A stretch of 63,947 nucleotides of DNA, the filler included, from Hyphochytrium catenoides (lineage: Eukaryota > Protista > Hyphochytriomycota), in the NCBI GenBank assembly GCA_900088475.1. It is 4 parts of 4 records of this genome, joined end to end, with 100 filler letters (N's around TTAATTAATTAA, not from the genome) between each part and the next. Parts side by side here need not be neighbours in the genome. Positions count along the whole stretch, not along the records: positions 27,740 to 57,556 come from FLMG01000377.1; 3 more parts are not named here. One strand, written 5' to 3'. The translations under genes and the position numbers were made by a program. Of the stretch, positions 34,178-48,607 are shown piece by piece. Positions within the stretch are counted from its first letter, which is position 1. Every line of letters begins with the position of its first letter. The notes beneath the pieces were generated by a model, which was given only the letters and a program-made list of their open reading frames with translations, did not search any database and was not told the origin of the DNA.

Positions 34178-34494
34178 GGTTACTCCTCTGTTACTAATGT
34201 CTCTTTTTCTCGGTCCTCTCATCTTGGCTTTTTCTTCGTAGCCCTTTTCCTCTGACCCTACGCAACCGTCGCTCTCCCTCCCTATCTTTCCCCCATTTCT
34301 TTCTCTCTCTCTCTCTCTCTCTCTTTTTTTCTTTCTCTCTTTCTCTCTTTCTCTCTGTCTCTCTCTGTCTCTCTCTCTCTCTCCTTTATCTCTCCTTTAG
34401 CTCTCTCTCTCTGTTCATATATACCCATCTACCATCTATCTATCTTCTCTTACTCTTCCTTCTCTCTTTCCCTCCGCTCTCTCTTTCTCTCTTT

Positions 34495-34528
<34 letters not shown>

Positions 34529-35149
34529 TGTCTCTCACAACTCATGTTATTTATTGTCTCTCATCATTCTCTCTGGCTCGCTCTCCTCCATACCTTAAGT
34601 ATAGGGAAGTTGTATCTCCTCCGCTGTTCTGTGTCTTTCTGGGGGAGAGTCATAGGCGAGATGTGCAGGATGTTCAGAAGAAGAGAGCTGCCCTGCCGCC
34701 GCTCTAATGTTAGCTTGGGGAAAAGAGGATGACGGGCGGCTGGGAGAGAAAGAGAAAGGGAAAGAGAGGGAGAGAGAGAGAGAGAGAGAGAAAAATAGAG
34801 AGAGAGAAAGAGAGACATGCAAGAGAGAGCATGAAAAAGAGAGGGCGAGGTGTTTCAATAAGTGTTCAAGCAGCATCTCAAGGGAAGAGAGAAGACAGAC
34901 GAGAGAGGAAGAAAGGGAGAGAGGAAAAGAGNNNNNNNNNNNNNNNNNNNNNNNNNNNNNGAGAGAGAGAGAGAGAGAGAGAAGAGAGAGCAGGAGAAAG
35001 AGACGCACTGACAGTGAGTAGCAGACATATGACTTCAAGAGTTTGGGAAGAGAGACGGGGAACAAGAAAGAGAAAAGAAAGATGTCAAACTGGAAGCAGT
35101 GTAGGAGAAGAGAGAGACAAGGTGTGAAATTGGAGAGAAAGAGAGAGAG

Positions 35150-35224
<75 letters not shown>

Positions 35225-35269
35225 GAGAGAAAGAGAGAAAGAAGAAGAAGGGAAGATCGTAGGTCGAAT

Positions 35270-35302
<33 letters not shown>

Positions 35303-36381
35303 ATTGGTAGACGTACTCTCTGCGATAGGGTTTCCATAGAGTGCCAATGACTCTAGCCGAGGAAGGCGAGCGAGTGGGAGAAGATCTGGCAGAGAGAGAG
35401 AGAAGGAGAGTGAGGAAATGAATGAGACAGAAAGAGAGAGAGAAACAGGCAGAGAGAAATGGAGAGAGACATTCAGATACAGTGGAAGAACCACCCGTAG
35501 AGATGGAGAGACAAAGAGTCGGAGAAAATGGGACGATAGATAGTGAGAGACAGAGAGAGAGAGAGGAGAGACGGAGAGAGACTGAGAGAGAGAAGAGGGT
35601 CCTCTTAGTACAAATGAGACAGAAGGAGAAAGGGAAAGAAAGAGAAAAGACATTTGGGAGACGAGACACTAAAGAGAGATGGAGCACGTAGAGAAACACT
35701 TATTAGAGATTCAGAGAGAGAGAGAGACTCAGAGAGAGAGAGAGACCCAGAGAGAGAGAGAGAGGGAAGAAAGAGGGAGACGAGAGAGAGAAGAGACATC
35801 TGAGCGAGAAAAAGCAGCAGAACAGAGATAAGAGAGAGGCCACAAAGAGAGAGAGAAAAGAGAACACAGAGATAGAGAGAGAAGAGAGAGAGAGACTCTA
35901 CAAGGCCGTCACCTTCTTCTCTCTCGAAAAGGTTGTGAGAGAGATCGAGATTTTGAAGAACGTTCCATCTTCCAGAGGACTGTTGATCTCCAGGCTTGCT
36001 GCACTCCTGAGAGAGAGAGAGAAAGAGAGAAAGAGGCAGAAAGGATAGAGCGAGAAGAGGAGGAATAAAAGAGAGAGAAAGAGTGACAACAGGGAAAGAT
36101 AAAGAGAGAGGAATGAGAGAAAGAGAACAAGGAGAAAACGCAAAAGAGAGAAGGACAGAAAAGGCCAACCAGGAGAGACGAAGTGACGAATGTAGGTGGG
36201 TGAAGGAGAGAAGAGAGACGTGAGACAACGAAGAGAGAGAGGAGAGACAGCTCGAGAGAAGAAAGGAATGATAATCGGAAGAGATAACGTTCTTGGGAAG
36301 GACAACGCAACCAAGACAGAGAACCATTTTATGAGCGAATAGCCCGAGTGAGAAGGGAGAAACATAAAGAGAGAGAGACAT

Positions 36382-36415
<34 letters not shown>

Positions 36416-36946
36416 AGGAAAGTAGGTAGAAAAGTAACATTTGTTTACCTCGGGAATGCTCCGGAAGAAGTTGAAAGCAAGAGAGAGAACTCGTAGCTTT
36501 GGCATGGAAGAGAGAAGAAAGAGATCCTGTCTGCTCTGGAGCCTGTTCCGGTCCAGAAAGAGCTCCTCGAGAATGAGAAAGTCCAGCTGAAAAGAGAGAG
36601 AGAAAGAGAGAGAGAGAAAGAGAGAGAAGAAGGAGAAAGTTAGGCAGACAGAATGTATCTCGCGAGGTTTGCATCCAGAGAGAGAGGCATCGAAAGGGAG
36701 AGAGAGAAGAGAGACATAGAAGCGTAGGCAGTATAGCACTAGGGAGAGCATGATAAAAGCGCGCGACGGAAAGAGAGAGAAACTGGGCCAAGAGAGGCCA
36801 AAAAGGGTGAAAAAGAGATAGACCGGGAGAGAAAGAGAGGGAGAGGGTGAGAGAGAGAGAGAAGAGCAAGAGGGAGAGATTCACAAAGAAGAGAGAGAGA
36901 CAGAGAGAGAAAAGAGAGAAGGGGGCAGAGAGAGAGAGAGAAAGTG

Positions 36947-36982
<36 letters not shown>

Positions 36983-37190
36983 NNNNNNNNNNNNNNNNNN
37001 NNNNNNNNNNNNNNNNNNNNNNNNNNNNNGAGAGAGAGAGAGAGAGAAGAAAAAGAGAGACAAACTCACGATTTTGGCAGGAATGACAGTGATTCTGTTG
37101 CTGCTGAGGTCGAGGCGGCGCAACTTTGGAAGTTTTGTAAGGACGGCGAGACTCTCCACCTGAACCTGGTTGTAAGACAGGTCCAGCGAC

Positions 37191-37228
<38 letters not shown>

Positions 37229-37468
37229 AAGTATCTCTGTCTCTATCTTCTTTTGGTAGTTCGTCTCTCTCTCCTGTCTCTCTCTCTGTGTAACTCTCTC
37301 TCCCTTTTTCTCTCCCTTTTCTTCTTACCTCAAGAGAGAGGAAGCCTGGTGGTAGTACCGGAAGCCTTGTGATTCCATTGCACTGCAGCTTCAGCGCTCG
37401 GAGAGAGCGAAGACCACAGAGAGAAGACAAGTCCATCTAGCCGCAAAGAGAGAGAGAGAAAACAAAAC

Positions 37469-37518
<50 letters not shown>

Positions 37519-37778
37519 GGGAGAGGGGATTTCCTAAGGCGAGAAATGGAGACATGGGAGTAGGAAGAGACGACGCCATGGAAAAAGAACAAAAGAGACC
37601 AATAAAGAGAAGATAGAGAGAGACAGTGTACAAAAATACTATGGATACGCTCCTATTGAAAGAAGATGCGACCTCTCTCTCTCTCTTTCCGTCTCTAGCG
37701 CTATACAGACGAACAAAGAGAGACGGAGATATGGAAAGACCAAGAAAGAGAGGGAGAGAGAGAAATAGAATGAGAGAA

Positions 37779-37829
<51 letters not shown>

Positions 37830-38140
37830 CTCGTTGTCTCCCAGGTCAAGCTGCTCCAGAGCTGAAAGATCCGCCACATCTTCGCTGCATCCTTTGAGAC
37901 CTTCGCCCAAAACTTCCACACTCCGAACCTCATCAAGGCTGATGCCTTACAGAGAGAGAGAGAGACACACACGAGAGAGAGACAAAAAGAGAGAGAGAGA
38001 GAGACAAAGAAAGAGGAGAGAGACAAAGAGGGAGAGAGGAGGGAGGTAACCGAAGGGAACAGAAAGATGAGGAGAGAGGAACCCATTTCATTCAGCTCAA
38101 TCAAATGAAGACATGTTCCCCAGTACCATGACAAGCCAGC

Positions 38141-38193
<53 letters not shown>

Positions 38194-38433
38194 TCTGTCT
38201 GTGATGGGTCTGCAATTTTCTTCTGTCTTCTCTTCTTTTTTCTCTCTGTGCTGCCTTCTGTGTCTCTTTATCGTTAGTCTCTCCCACCCGATCCTTGTCA
38301 CTCTTTCTCTCGCTCTTCTATTGTATTCGCCTTTGCCTCTGTCACAAAATCGCTGCCCATCTCTCTCTCCCTCTCTCTCTCTCTCGCTCGCTCACTCTCT
38401 CTCTCTCTCGCTCTCTCTCGCTCTCGCTCTCTC

Positions 38434-38478
<45 letters not shown>

Positions 38479-38824
38479 CTCTCTCTCGCTCTCTTGCTCT
38501 CTTTTATATATCTCTATCTATCTATCTACCTCTATCTCTGTCTTTCTTTCCCTCGTCTTTACTCTCTTCCTGTCGCGGCTATCTCCGTCCCTTTCCCTCT
38601 CTTTCTGCTAGCTTCCTCTCGTTTTCTCTCTGTCTCTCTTCTCTTCCCTCTATTTCTCCCCCTCTCCCACCCCTCTCTCTATCTCTCCTTCTCTCATTTG
38701 CCGCCCTCTCTCTCTCTCTTTTTTCTCTCTCTCTCTACTCACCTGGATGGTCTGCTAGTATTCTGCATTTTGTCAAGAGTTCCTCTCTGAGAAGAGAAGA
38801 CGAGACACTTGAAGATCCTGCCAT
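33444..38824 (-). CDS. Multi-exon leucine-rich-repeat protein, XRRA1-like
   Basis: Spliced LRRs LEQLDLGDNE|..LRALKLQCNGI..LE|SLDLSYNQV..LRRLDLSSNRI|..LEELFLDRNRL..LRVLSLAFNFF|..LQNLDLSHN|..LESLALYGNP, then FFLT and terminal MNALRY motifs as in XRRA1-like proteins. Confidence 0.75.
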
Positions 38825-39685
38825 CGGCGCTCCAGTCTTTCTCTTCCTCTCTCTCTCTCTCTTCTTTCAGTCTCCAGATCTCTCTCTCTCCTTTAAGCTG
38901 TAACACTTCTTCCCCTTTAAGTCTCTCTCTCCTGTTATCTCTCTCTCTCTCTCTCTCTCTCTTTCGCCTTGCGCAGCCTGAGTGGCTGCGGAAACTAGTA
39001 GAAGAAGAGAAGTGCGACCCAGAGCGAGGGAGAAGAGAGAGAGAGACAAAGAGACAGAGAGAGACACAGAGAGAGAGACAGAGGGAAAGAGAGAGAGAGG
39101 GAGAGAGCTGCTAAGGAACTACTGGCTAGGACAACACGTAATGAAAGGAACTGAGACGATAGGAACGAAAGAGAGAGAGAAGACACAGAGAGAGAGAGAG
39201 AGAGAGAGTAAAAGAAAGAGAGAGATTTGAACTCAGAAGAGGGTAGGGAATTGGGAGGAAGAGAAAGAAAAAGACAACGCCGACAGCCAGAAGAGAGTGT
39301 TCAGAACCTGTCAGCGGACAAAAGCGCAGAAGGAGCGCGAGACAGGAGAGAGACAGAAGAGAGAAACAAAGCCCAAGAAAGAGAGAGAGAAGGTCGGAAG
39401 TATGTAGGAGCAGAATAAAAGGTGATGACCGGTGAACTGGATGACAAGAGGAAGAGAGAGAGGAAGAGACAGAACGAGAGAGAAAAGGCAAGAGAGAGAA
39501 AAGAGAGAAGAGAAAGAGACTGAGACGAGGACGCTTGTAGCAGAGGAAGGAGCTAAGGCCTTAGGGAGACTGGAGAGAGAGAGAGAAAAGAGTAAACTAT
39601 GCTGCAGAGGGACGTAGGAGAGAGAAGTGACACAGAGAGAGAGCAAGAGAGGACAATGAGAAAGGAAGGGGAGAAGGGGGAGAAC

Positions 39686-39730
<45 letters not shown>

Positions 39731-39863
39731 ACAGAAGAGAAAGAAAGCCTCAAACAATGTCCCTTCGGCTAAAACTCCACAGCACCCCCAGGACCAATTC
39801 AGTCTGATTACTGGATAGGGTACGAAGTGATTACTTTAGAGCTCCCCGATAGACGCGAGAGAG

Positions 39864-39906
<43 letters not shown>

Positions 39907-40614
39907 GGAAGAGAGAAAGTGAGAGGCAACGAGGGAAGAAGAGAATTGAAGGGGGGCAGAAGATAGAGAAGGCCCAAGTATGCAGCAACATTGACAGGAA
40001 GCTTTGATAAGAATCAGGAAGGGAAGATGTGACCAGAGGAGAAAAGGGCGAGAGAAGAGGACCTCAGAAGCCCCAGAGCAAGAGGGAGAAAGAGAGAGAG
40101 AGAGAGAGAGAAAGGCGGCAGAAGAGAAGACAGTGGTAGGAGAAAGAGAAAGGAATAGAAGAACCAGGCGGACGGCAGATCTGAAGCAAATCCGAAAGCT
40201 ATTCGAGAAGTTGCACCATTGTCGAGCTAGAAGGGAGAGAGAAACCGAGACATAAAGAGAGAGAGAAAGAGAGAAAGACAGAGATCACAGGATGATCAAG
40301 AGCACAGAGTACGCTTCCACTCTCTCTCTCTCTCTCTCTTTCTTTAGTGTTACCATTAGTTCCTTCCTCCTTCACTTGCTGTCTCTTCCTCTCTTGTTGC
40401 TTCTCTCCTCCCCGATGCTTATCTATCCCCATTTTCTTTCTCGTCTATCTCCTGTCTCTCTTGCCTTCGCTGCTCTCTTCTCTCGGTTTCTTTCTCTCTC
40501 TTTTTCTCTCTCCGTCTTCCTCTCTCTCTTTCTCTCACTCTTCCTTCTTTCTTTCTCTCTTGCTCTCTCTTCGGCAGGGACCTCACCGCCCTGTTGAGCG
40601 GGGTGGAGAGCGCT

Positions 40615-41064
40615 ATGGATGATCTGGAGCTTCCAGTGAGGGAAGATATCACCGAGGTTGCAGTGCTTCTCTCTCCGTTGCTCTCTCTCTCTCTCTTCCT
40701 TCTTTCTCTCATTTTGTCTCTCTCCTCGCTAAGCAAGCTCTTTCTTCACATTTTCTCCCTCTCCTTGCGCTTTCCTCTCCTTTTCCTTCCCCCAAAGCCA
40801 GCTCCCTGACGCACTTCTCTCTTCTTCTCCCTTTGTCTATCCTTCTCTCTCTCTCTTTCTTTCTGTCTCTCTCTCTCTCTCTCTCTCTCTCAGCTTCTCT
40901 CTGCTGCCTCTTCCGAGTTGGAGGTGGGCGAGCTTCTTTCCTCTTCCTCTTTCTCTCTCTATGGCGCTATGAGTGCACTGGAGATTCTGGATCCAAAGAT
41001 GGACGCGGGGATGGCCATCGACGGAAAGGTCATTCTCTCTCCAGAACTACAGCTACAACTGGGT

Positions 41065-41109
<45 letters not shown>

Positions 41110-43577
41110 NNNNNNNNCTTATTATCTCTATCTTTATTCTCTCCATGTTTCTCTCCATCTACGCCCACTCCTTCCCTCTTTGTGCTGTCGCTCACTCCTG
41201 GCCCGCAATATTATTGCCATACGCCTGTTGACGATCTCTCTCTCTCTCTCTCTCTCTCCCCTCATTCTTTCTTTCTTTATGTCTCTCAATCTTTCCTCTC
41301 TCTCTTTCTGGTCTCTCTCAATCTCTTTCTCTCTCCCCTCATTCTTTCTTTCTTTATGCCTCTCAATCTTTCCTCTCTCTCTTTCTGGTCTCTCTCAATC
41401 TCTCTCTCGCTCTCTCCTCCGTTTTCTCTCCTCTTTCTCTCCTCTCTCTCTCTTGTTGCTCCGTAGGCTTGGTCTCTTTCTCTTTCTCTCTCTTGGAAGT
41501 GTTGAAGTTGCACGACCTCCTTCTCTCTTCTTTCATCTCCTGGCTCAGCGGCCAGCCTCTCTCCCAGACTCTCTGCACGTGCATCTACCTCCATCCTCCG
41601 GTCATTAGAAGGATGTTGGAGAGAGAGAAAGAGAGAGAGAAGGAGAGAGAAAAAGAGACACATCCAGCCAGAAAGGAGAGAGAAGAGAGAGACAAAATGG
41701 AGAGATTCGTTCTCGTTCTCTCTGTGCTGAATCTTCAAATTTGCCGCTTTGCGAGAGAAGCCGTTCTACAGGGAGACGTCTATGAGGTACGCAAGAAACG
41801 TGAGCGCAGAGAGAGAAAGAGAGAGAAGGGAGAGAGAGAGTGAGCGAGAGAGAGAGAGAGAGAGAAAATCAAACCAAAAAGGGAGATTGCAGCGATCACG
41901 TTGTCGGATCATGATAGTTAGAAGATGAGGAGGCCCTTCTGACAAAGAAGTCTCCCGCTCATGCCCACTCTTTCTCTTTCTTTCTTTTCTCTCTCTTCTC
42001 TCTCTCTCTCTTTCTCTCCCTCCTCTTCCCCCGCCCCCATCCCTTCTTTCTCTCTGTTCCCTCGACAACAGGAAGAAGATTTCTCTCCTGGTCTGCACGG
42101 CATAGATCTCTTAGAAGAGATGACACAAGAGAGAGTTATAGAAATGGCAGAAACAGCGATTGCCGCTATCGAAAAGGAAGAGAAAAGAGAAAAGCAAAGA
42201 GAGGTCTCTTCCCAAGCGGAAGAGGAGAGAGAAGAGGAAGAGAGACACAAGGATGGAAGAGGAGAGAGAGAGAGACTTGACATAGAAGCTTGGGCAGGCC
42301 TGAAGACAAGGATCAAGCTACAGATAGAGCTCTTGCGGATCATGATAAAAATGGTGACGAATTTTTTTCTCTCTTTCTCTCTCCCTCTCTCTTTCTCTCT
42401 CTCCCTCTCTCTTTCTCTCTCTCCCTCTCTCTTTCTCTCTCTCCCTCTCTCTTTCTCTCTCTCCCTCTCTCTATATATTGCTTTTCCACTCCTTCTTTCT
42501 TTAGTTCATTTCTTCGCTCCGACTCTTTGTTTCTCCTAGCTTTTTGTCTCTTTTGGACTTACACAGTGATGGCAGAGCTGTGACTCTCTCTCTCTTTCTT
42601 TCCTTATTCTCTTAGATTTGTTGCGTCCTTTGCGTCTACCATTTCCTTCAATTCTCGTCGCTCGGCCTGGTTTTTTTGTGCAAACAGTCTCTCTCTTTCT
42701 CTGTGTGTCTCTTTCTCTCTCTCCCATTACGCTCTCTTTCTTCTTTCTCTCTCTTTTTTCTTTGTAAGTTAACGTGTGTGTCTTTCGACATTCTCTCTGG
42801 CTCACAAGCGTTGACTTCCTTCTCTCTCTGATTTTCACAGGGCACTTCTCCTCTTGTAGAAGTCTCTTCCACGCGGTCTCTTCTGTCTTCCTGCCTTGAG
42901 TCTCTTTCTTCCCTAGAGAGAGAAAGCCCTTCTCTTCGTCTTGCCATAGAAAAAGCGGACGGCGTTGGTTTCTCTTCTTCACTGATCAACCTTCTTAGTA
43001 GCAACGCACCTCCCAGAACCTCGAAGCCCGTCTCTCACGACCAGGTCTGGGCGTTACTCTCTCTCTCTCTCTCNNNNNNNNNNNNNNNNNNNNNNNNNNN
43101 NNNNNNNNNNNNNNNNNNNNNNNNNNNNNNNNNNNNNNNNNNNNNNNNNNNNNNNNNNNNNNNNNNNNNNNNNNNNNNNNNNNNNNNNNNNNNNNNNNNN
43201 NNNNNNNNNNNNNNNNNNNNNNNNNNNNNNNNNNNNNNNNNNNNNNNNNNNNNNNNNNNNNNNNNNNNNNNNNNCTCTCTCTATATATATATACATATAT
43301 ATACAATCACTCTCCCTGCCTCATACTTCGGGCAGGTATTTCTGTCTCTTTCTCTCTCTGTGAGATGCTGTCTTTTCTCCGGCCCGTTCTCGCCGTTCTT
43401 TACACTTTCTTCTTGTTCCTTCTCCATCCGTCTTTGCTCTTTCTCTCTCTCTTTCTCTCTCTCTTCCAATCCGTTAGTCAAAGGCACACGCACCGTTTTC
43501 TCTCCCTTTCTCGTTCCGTCTTCCTTCCGCGCTCTCACTTTGGTCCTCTGCCTCTCTCTTTCTCTTTTGTGCACTTC

Positions 43578-43627
<50 letters not shown>

Positions 43628-43877
43628 TCTCTCTCTCTCTCTGCTTCGCAGGCTTTAAGCTCTCTGCGGTCTCTTCTTGAGGAGTTCGAGTGCCTAACTC
43701 ACGCTCCATCGTGTCTCTCTCTCGAGGATCTTCAGCTCTTTCTCTTCTCTTTCTCAGCCCGAGACCCAAACATATTATCCCGATCATGCATGGTGGTCAG
43801 TAATGTTGACGATCTCTTTCTCTTCTCTCCCTGTTCCCTCCGTCTCTCACTCTCGGTATCTCTATTCCGTCCCTCTG

Positions 43878-43913
<36 letters not shown>

Positions 43914-45303
43914 CCCCTCTCTCTCTTTCTTTTTCTCCCTGGTCACTCCCTCGCTCTTGCCCGCCTCTCACGGCTCCCTTTCATCCTTTTCCGATCGTCT
44001 AGAGGTCTTCTCTCCTAAATATCGTACCTTTCTCTAAACCCTCCCTCTCTTCTTTCGCCGTCTCTTGCTGTACCAGTGATTACTGCTTCTCCTACGCGTC
44101 CTCTCTCTTTTTCTCCTCTCTCTCTCTCTCCCCTGTTCAACCCCTTTCTCTTTCGCCCCAATATGTGGGTCATTAATGGGTCGTCTCGTACACTAACTGA
44201 CTCTCTTCTTCCAATCCCACTCTTTCTCTCTCTCGCTCTCTCTTTCTCAATCTCTCCCTCTCTCTCTCTCTCTCTCTCTGTTTCTCTCTGCTTCTCTCCT
44301 TCCCTTATATCTCTCTCTCTCTCTCTCTCCCTCTAACAGCCGGGGCTATACTTGGAAGAGAAGGTGCTCGGTCTGTTTGACTTCTGTCCCTTTCTGGAGA
44401 GCTCTCTCTCCGCGCACGGCGTCCCTGAGATCCTAATAAAGACACAAGAAGTGGGACAATTTATTGGCTATGCCGTGAAGGTGAGGGGGAAAAACGAAGG
44501 GAAGAGGACGAGAGAGAGGGAGAGAAAGAGACAATAAAGAAGGGAGAAAGAGAGAGAGAGAGATAAAAAGCGTAAGAGAGAGCCGGGACAGAGACTGAGA
44601 GAAGGATATTTTACTTTTTGCCTCTATTTTGCCTCTCCCCCCTAAGTATTTGACATCCCAATACCACCCTCCGTTCTCTCTCTCTCCCTGACATTCTCTC
44701 TCTCTCTCTCTCACTTTCTCTTTCTTGGTTCTCTGTCCTTCTCTCTCGCTCTTCAAACCTTCTCGTCTCTCGAAACCTCTGTTCTCTTTCTAACTGCGGA
44801 TCTCTGTAGCCTGTCTACGATCTTCTTCGACTTCCTCTCCTGAACCGCTCGAGACAGCGGCAGCGACTTGTGTCAATGTTTGATGACTGGGCGCTATTGC
44901 AGGGAGAGGTAAGGGAGAGAAAGAGAGAGAGAGACAAAGACAGTGTGCGATCTCCCTTCTATCAAGTTTCTCTTCTTCATTCCGTCTTTCTCGTCCGCCT
45001 CTCTCCTCTCTCTCTCTCACTCACTCTCTATCCTTCTCTATCTCTCTATCCTTCTCTCTCTATCTATCCATCTCTCTCTCTCTCCCTCTCTCGCTCTCTT
45101 TCATTCTCTTCTCCTCTCTCTCTCTCTTGCTCTCCATGGCAGTTTCTGAGTTTCTTGTCGTTTTTTGGCAGTTCATGCACTTTTTCTTGCAAAGACAAAA
45201 TGCCTCTTTGCTTTGCCGGCATCTCTTTCTCTCCCTCTCTCTCTCTTCTTTTTCTTTTCCTAATGCTCTTTTCCCTCCGATGACATTTTCCCACTCAGCT
45301 GCG

Positions 45304-45340
<37 letters not shown>

Positions 45341-45768
45341 ATTTGATATTAGGCGGAGAGTATTGACAACGCCTTTCTCTCCGAACTTCAAGTGGAGGTG
45401 CGGGTCTCTCTCTTTCTTCCTCTATCCTCTCTCTATAATTCCATATGCTCTTTGTATACTCGCTGCATTCTACTCTTGGCTCCGCTTCGACTCTTTCCTC
45501 TTTTCTTCCCCCGTCCGCTGCTTTCGCACCTCTGGCGTTCCTTTGTGTCTCTCTCTCTCTTTCTCTCTCTCTTCTGTCAGAACTTCTCTTCTGTGAGGTG
45601 GCTTTCCTTTTAAATATATTCAGAAGAGTCTCCCTTCTTTCTTTGTGGACGCCTACCTGGCTTGATCTCTCTCTATCAAGCCTCAGTCTCTCCATTTGTC
45701 GCTTCTCTCTGTCCTCGCTCAGCTTCTTGCCCTTCCTCTCGTTTCTCTCGCGCTTTCTCCCCTCGCTA

Positions 45769-45805
<37 letters not shown>

Positions 45806-45870
45806 CTTTCTATCTCTCTTGCTTTCTCTCTCCCGCACTATCCTCTTCCCTTTTCCTCTCTCTTCCTCTC

Positions 45871-45901
<31 letters not shown>

Positions 45902-45966
45902 CTCTCTCTCGTTCTCTCTCNNNNNNNNNNNNNNNNNNNNNNNNNNNNNNNNNNNNNNNNNNNNNN

Positions 45967-46005
<39 letters not shown>

Positions 46006-46686
46006 CTCCCCCTCTCTCCCTAACACTCTTCTCTCGTTTTGTGGCATCTTCTCAGGCGAATGAGATGTCTCGTTATCTGAGTGTCTGGGTCCTGCAGCAG
46101 GTGACACGCTGTCTCTCCCACTATCTCCTCCTCGGCATCGAGCTAGAGCTCTTCGGAGATATAGAAATAGACTATATTTTATGGTAAGCTTGAGAGACAG
46201 AGAGAGAAATAGAGAGGCAGCAATAAAAGAAGGAGAGAGAGGGCGATTGAGAGAGAGAAAGAGCGGTAGGCATCAAGAGTGATAAGTAATAGAGAGATCG
46301 GGATAGACTGATAGGCAACAAGAAAGAGAGAGAGAGAGAGAGTTAGTTAGTTTAAACGGGGAGAGAGACAAAAAAGAAATGCCTTAGATGGGAAAGAATG
46401 AGGACAAAAGAGCACGCTAAAGAGCGAGAGAGAAGGTAACAGAAAAGAGAGATCTGATAAGCTCAGAACTGACTCTCTCTCTCTTTCTTTTCCCTTGTGT
46501 GCCGCTGGCTCTCTCTCGCCTTGACTCGGTCTCTCTGTGTCCCTTGTCCTTTGTTCTTGTCTCATCTCTGTCTTCCTTTCTCGTTTTCTCGTTTTCTTCT
46601 CTCTCTCTCTCTGTCCTTCCTGCCTGTCTTTTTCTCTTAATGGCTCCCCTTCCTGTCTTTCTTCTCTCTCTCTTTGCCTTTCTCTC

Positions 46687-46746
<60 letters not shown>

Positions 46747-46763
46747 TTCTCTCTCTCTCTCTG

Positions 46764-46800
<37 letters not shown>

Positions 46801-47923
46801 GTCTCTCTCTCTCTCTTGTATGACAGGTATTTGGAGTACGTAATGAGCCTGCGGGTTGGCTATCTGAAGGTTTCCATGCTTAACAGCCAGCAGAACCACA
46901 TCACGATGGAGACACACACAGGAGAGAAGCTCCCAGCGCCCGATGGTCTCGCTCTCGTTCTCTCTGCTCTCTCTTCTCTGATCTGGCCTTCCATTGTCTC
47001 TCTCTTCTCCTGCGTATCTGTTGCTTTCCTCTTCGGCTTCTCTTGCCTCCTCCTTTACCTTGCGGCGTCCGTACTCTCTCTCTCTCTCTCTTTGTCCATC
47101 TCTCTCCCTCTTCCTTTCCGTTCCTTTCCCTCTCTGTCTCTCTCTCTTCTCTATTTCCCTTTCTTTTTCTTCCTCCCCTTCTTCTCGTCCCCTTCTCTGT
47201 TATTCTCTTACTCTCCTCGCTCTTTCTCTCATTCTCTTTCTCTCCCTGTCTTTCTCCCTCTTTCTCGGTTTCTCTCTCTCCAACCAACACTCTCTCTTCT
47301 CTTTCTCTTTCTTGTACGCCTCTTGCCTACACTCAATCACGGGTCTGTTTTTGCTTTTCAAGAACCTTTTCCTTTCTCCAGAGCTCCTTCTCTCCGGTTG
47401 GGAAGAGTGTTCTGGCTTCTCAATTAATCTTTCCTCTTCCTTCTCTCTCTCTCTCTTCCTCTTTCCGTGGCATCAGTGCGTTATTTCGAGCAGGAGATAG
47501 CGATCGGAGAAGGGATAAAGGCGATTTGTAAGGGAGTTTTACAGGTTACGCTGCTCTCTCTCTTCCTCTTTCTTCTCTCTGTCTTTTTCTGTCTCTCTCT
47601 CTCCTTTCTAAGGCTTTCTTTTCTCTCTCTCTCTCTCGCTCCCCCGTTTCTCATCCTATCTCCTCTATATGTTGACCATCCCCTTTTCTCTCTTTTTTTA
47701 TTGGATCTCTTCGGCTCTTCAGTGGACCTCCTCTTCCGTGTCGCCCCAACCTGCCTTTCGTCTTTCGCTTTAGCCTCGTAGGGCCAGTCTTTTTTTTTCT
47801 TTCTCATTTTCTCTCTCTCTTTCTCTCACATCTCTCTCTCTTTCTCACATTCTCTCTCTCTCTCTCTTTTTCTTTCGTTCTCTCTCCTCTCGCTCTCTTT
47901 CTTTCTTTCTTTCTTTCCTGAAT

Positions 47924-47986
<63 letters not shown>

Positions 47987-48246
47987 GCTCTTCTCTTCTC
48001 TCTCCTCTCCTTTCCAGGTGCTCATTGGCCTTCGTCCGGAGAGCCGGTACCGGCCAGCTGGGCACGGGTACGGGAACCCTAAGATAATGTTCGAGCACCG
48101 TGTCGGCCCACTGCGTGTGATTCCTAAGCCTGAAGTCCTGGAGTGGGAGAGCTTCCTTGAGACCATGAACAGAAATGACAGGATCGATGTAAGGCGGGCC
48201 AGTTGAGAAAAGAGAGAGAGAGAGTGAAAGAAAGAGAGAGAGAGGG

Positions 48247-48279
<33 letters not shown>

Positions 48280-48564
48280 TGAGATAGCAAAGAGAGAGAA
48301 GTGAGAGAGAGAGAAAGAAAAGTTTTAGCATCGAGTTAGAGAGAAGAAAGGGCCACCCGTAAGGCAAGGTAACAAGGATGAATGATAGAAAGGAAGAGAG
48401 CGAGAAAAAGAGATCGAGGAGAGAGAGGGAAGGGAATACGGATTGTGACTCGGGACTAAGGAACGGGAGGCGAGAGTAAAAGGGAAAAATGACAGCGGAG
48501 TCGCCCTACAGCAGAGGGCAAGATGCGCAGGATGTGTTGGTGCAGCCTATCTTGTTGACTCATT

Positions 48565-48607
<43 letters not shown>

